A stretch of 63,947 nucleotides of DNA, the filler included, from Octopus bimaculoides (Eukaryota): assembly GCF_001194135.2 (NCBI RefSeq). It is 6 parts of 6 records of this genome, joined end to end, with 100 filler letters (N's around TTAATTAATTAA, not from the genome) between each part and the next. Parts side by side here need not be neighbours in the genome. Positions count along the whole stretch, not along the records: positions 61,758 to 63,947 come from NW_026365416.1; 5 more parts are not named here. One strand, 5' to 3'. Position 1 is the first letter of the stretch. Every line of letters begins with the position of its first letter. Below are positions 61,975 through 63,947 of this stretch, piece after piece. A program made the position numbers and the translations under genes. A model generated the notes under the pieces. It had not been told where the DNA came from, did no database searches, and was given only the letters and a program-made list of their open reading frames with translations.

Positions 61975-62353
61975 CTCTTTTATTCTTACTTGTTTCAGTC
62001 ATTTGACCGCGACCATGCTGGAGCACGGTCTTCAGTCGAGCAAATCGACCCCAGGACTTATTCTGTGTAAGCCTGGTACTTATTCTATCGTACTCTTTTT
62101 CCGAACCGCTAAGTTACGGGGACGTAAACATACCAGCGGTTGTCAAACGATGTTGGGGGAACAAACACAAACACACACATATATATATACAACGGGCTTC
62201 TTTCAGTTTCCGTCTATCAAATCCACTCACAAGGCTTTGGTCGGCCTAAGGCTATAGTAGAAGACACTCGCCCAAATGCCACGCAGTGGGACTGAACCCA
62301 GAATCATGTGGTTGGTAAACAAGCTACTTACCACACAGCCACTCCTGCACCTC
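61975..62353 (-). mobile_element. Full-length SINE family B (tRNA-like head, central microsatellite, 3' body)
   Basis: Minus strand GGTGCAGGAGTGGCTGTGTGGTAAG...GGGTTCAGTCCC...GCCTTGTGAGTGGATTTG...(TA/TG)n...TGACTGAAACAAGTAAGAATAAAAGAG. Confidence 0.9.
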
Positions 62354-63499
62354 AAACGAAAAATAAATTAATCTAAAAATGTTGTTAAAAATTTACCAAA
62401 ATTAAAAAAAAACAAACTTATTTCCATTACACTCAAGCCAAAAAATAATTTATGATTATCTTTTCGAAAGTCCGCTCCCTAGTCCCTCAGAAAAAAATTT
62501 TCCCCAGAAATTTCTTTATAATCNNNNNNNNNNNNNNNNNNNNNNNNNNNNNNNNNNNNNNNNNNNNNNNNNNNNNNNNNNNNNNNNNNNNNNNNNNNNN
62601 NNNNNNNNNNNNNNNNNNNNNNNNNNNNNNNNNNNNNNNNNNNNNNNNNNNNNNNNNNNNNNNNNNNNNNNNNNNNNNNNNNNNNNNNNNNNNNNNNNNN
62701 NNNNNNNNNNNNNNNNNNNNNNNNNNNNNNNNNNNNNNNNNNNNNNNNNNNNNNNNNNNNNNNNNNNNNNNNNNNNNNNNNNNNNNNNNNNNNNNNNNNN
62801 NNNNNNNNNNNNNNNNNNNNNNNNNNNNNNNNNNNNNNNNNNNNNNNNNNNNNNNNNNNNNNNNNNNNNNNNNNNNNNNNNNNNNNNNNNNNNNNNNNNN
62901 NNNNNNNNNNNNNNNNNNNNNNNNNNNNNNNNNNNNNNNNNNNNNNNNNNNNNNNNNNNNNNNNNNNNNNNNNNNNNNNNNNNNNNNNNNNNNNNNNNNN
63001 NNNNNNNNNNNNNNNNNNNNNNNNNNNNNNNNNNNNNNNNNNNNNNNNNNNNNNNNNNNNNNNNNNNNNNNNNNNNNNNNNNNNNNNNNNNNNNNNNNNN
63101 NNNNNNNNNNNNNNNNNNNNNNNNNNNNNNNNNNNNNNNNNNNNNNNNNNNNNNNNNNNNNNNNNNNNNNNNNNNNNNNNNNNNNNNNNNNNNNNNNNNN
63201 NNNNNNNNNNNNNNNNNNNNNNNNNNNNNNNNTCTTTAGCTCGAAGTGTCGTCTGCTCATTGTTTAACATACAATCTACGCATGCGCAAACGAATTTTTA
63301 AGTCGTGGAGAAGTGTGTAAAGCAGAATATGAGAGTGAGAAGGCATTAAAAATATTAGAATTTAAAAAAAAATTAAAATCAGAATAGTAATATCTAAATT
63401 TCAGGAAGGAAAAAAAAAAAAAAAAAAAGGTTAAACAGTATTGGCGCATGCGTGGATATATGTTTAGAAGTTTGTTTACTAACATGGTTCTCCTTAGCG

Positions 63500-63590
63500 T
63501 ACTTCGGAAAAGTGATTTGTACTGTAGCCTTGGGCCTACCAAAGCCTTGTGAGTGGATTTGGTTTTCGGAAACTGAATGAAGCCGGTGAT
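63500..63590 (+). mobile_element. SINE family B fragment
   Basis: GTAGCCTTGGGCCTACCAAAGCCTTGTGAGTGGATTTGG...GGAAACTGAATGAAGCC. Confidence 0.7.
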
Positions 63591-63907
63591 CATTCGTTTT
63601 GACTTGCATAGCTATCACTGGATCCCAGCCGGTTGTTCGTTAATTTCCGTAAAAAATTTATTTATTTATTTATTTTTGTTTTCATGACATATAGAAGGCG
63701 ACATTTGCTTCGAAGTGAGAGCAGCAATTGAAAGAGGATAAAGTGTAAGACTTATGGACGTGCGTGTGTGTGTCAGAGAGAGAGAGAGAGAGAGAGCGAG
63801 GGGGAGGAGAAGGAGAGAGAGTGAGTGAAGGTGTGTGTTGTGATGACGCGTGGAAGGCGACATTTGCTTTGAAGTGAGAGGAGAAAGTGAAAGCTGTATA
63901 TACGTGT

Positions 63908-63947
<40 letters not shown>

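Noticed and set aside
63278-63455. Two GCGCATGCG (NRF1-like) motifs as a promoter
   Set aside because: The same word occurs in the mariner leader at about 28407; no other promoter evidence.

Overview
AT-rich, microsatellite-saturated eukaryotic genomic DNA with many N gaps. The SINE, RTE-tail and mariner families look like those of an octopus (coleoid cephalopod); this is recognition from memory, not a database hit. The window is not one locus: five 100-bp spacers (44 N + TTAATTAATTAA + 44 N) join six separate scaffolds (1-21003, 21104-33504, 33605-45503, 45604-47940, 48041-61657, 61758-63947). The only well-supported host gene is a partial SLC22/Orct-type organic cation transporter (+ strand, two visible exons, 26170-26379 and 32948-33102). 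The rest is mostly decayed mobile DNA: tRNA-headed SINEs, RTE LINE pieces and RTE-tail repeats, Tc1 and mariner relics (several nested), Penelope-like relics, and R4/Dong-like and HERO-like restriction-endonuclease retroelements. Most interesting: (i) a 2.3-kb variant telomere-like array enclosed by terminal inverted repeats and TA dinucleotides, i.e. a candidate transposon carrying telomere-like DNA; (ii) three dispersed minimal hammerhead-ribozyme-like motifs with covarying stems, all with damaged cores; (iii) a fold-back element built from two mariner 5' ends, inserted with a TA duplication into another mariner inside the SLC22 intron; (iv) repeated insertions into (TAA)n; (v) a same-strand cluster of ACTTCCGGT (ETS-type) sites and a small repeat-spacer array. 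No rRNA, true tRNA gene or CRISPR system is supported. Nearly all ORFs in the supplied track are microsatellite or N-gap artefacts.
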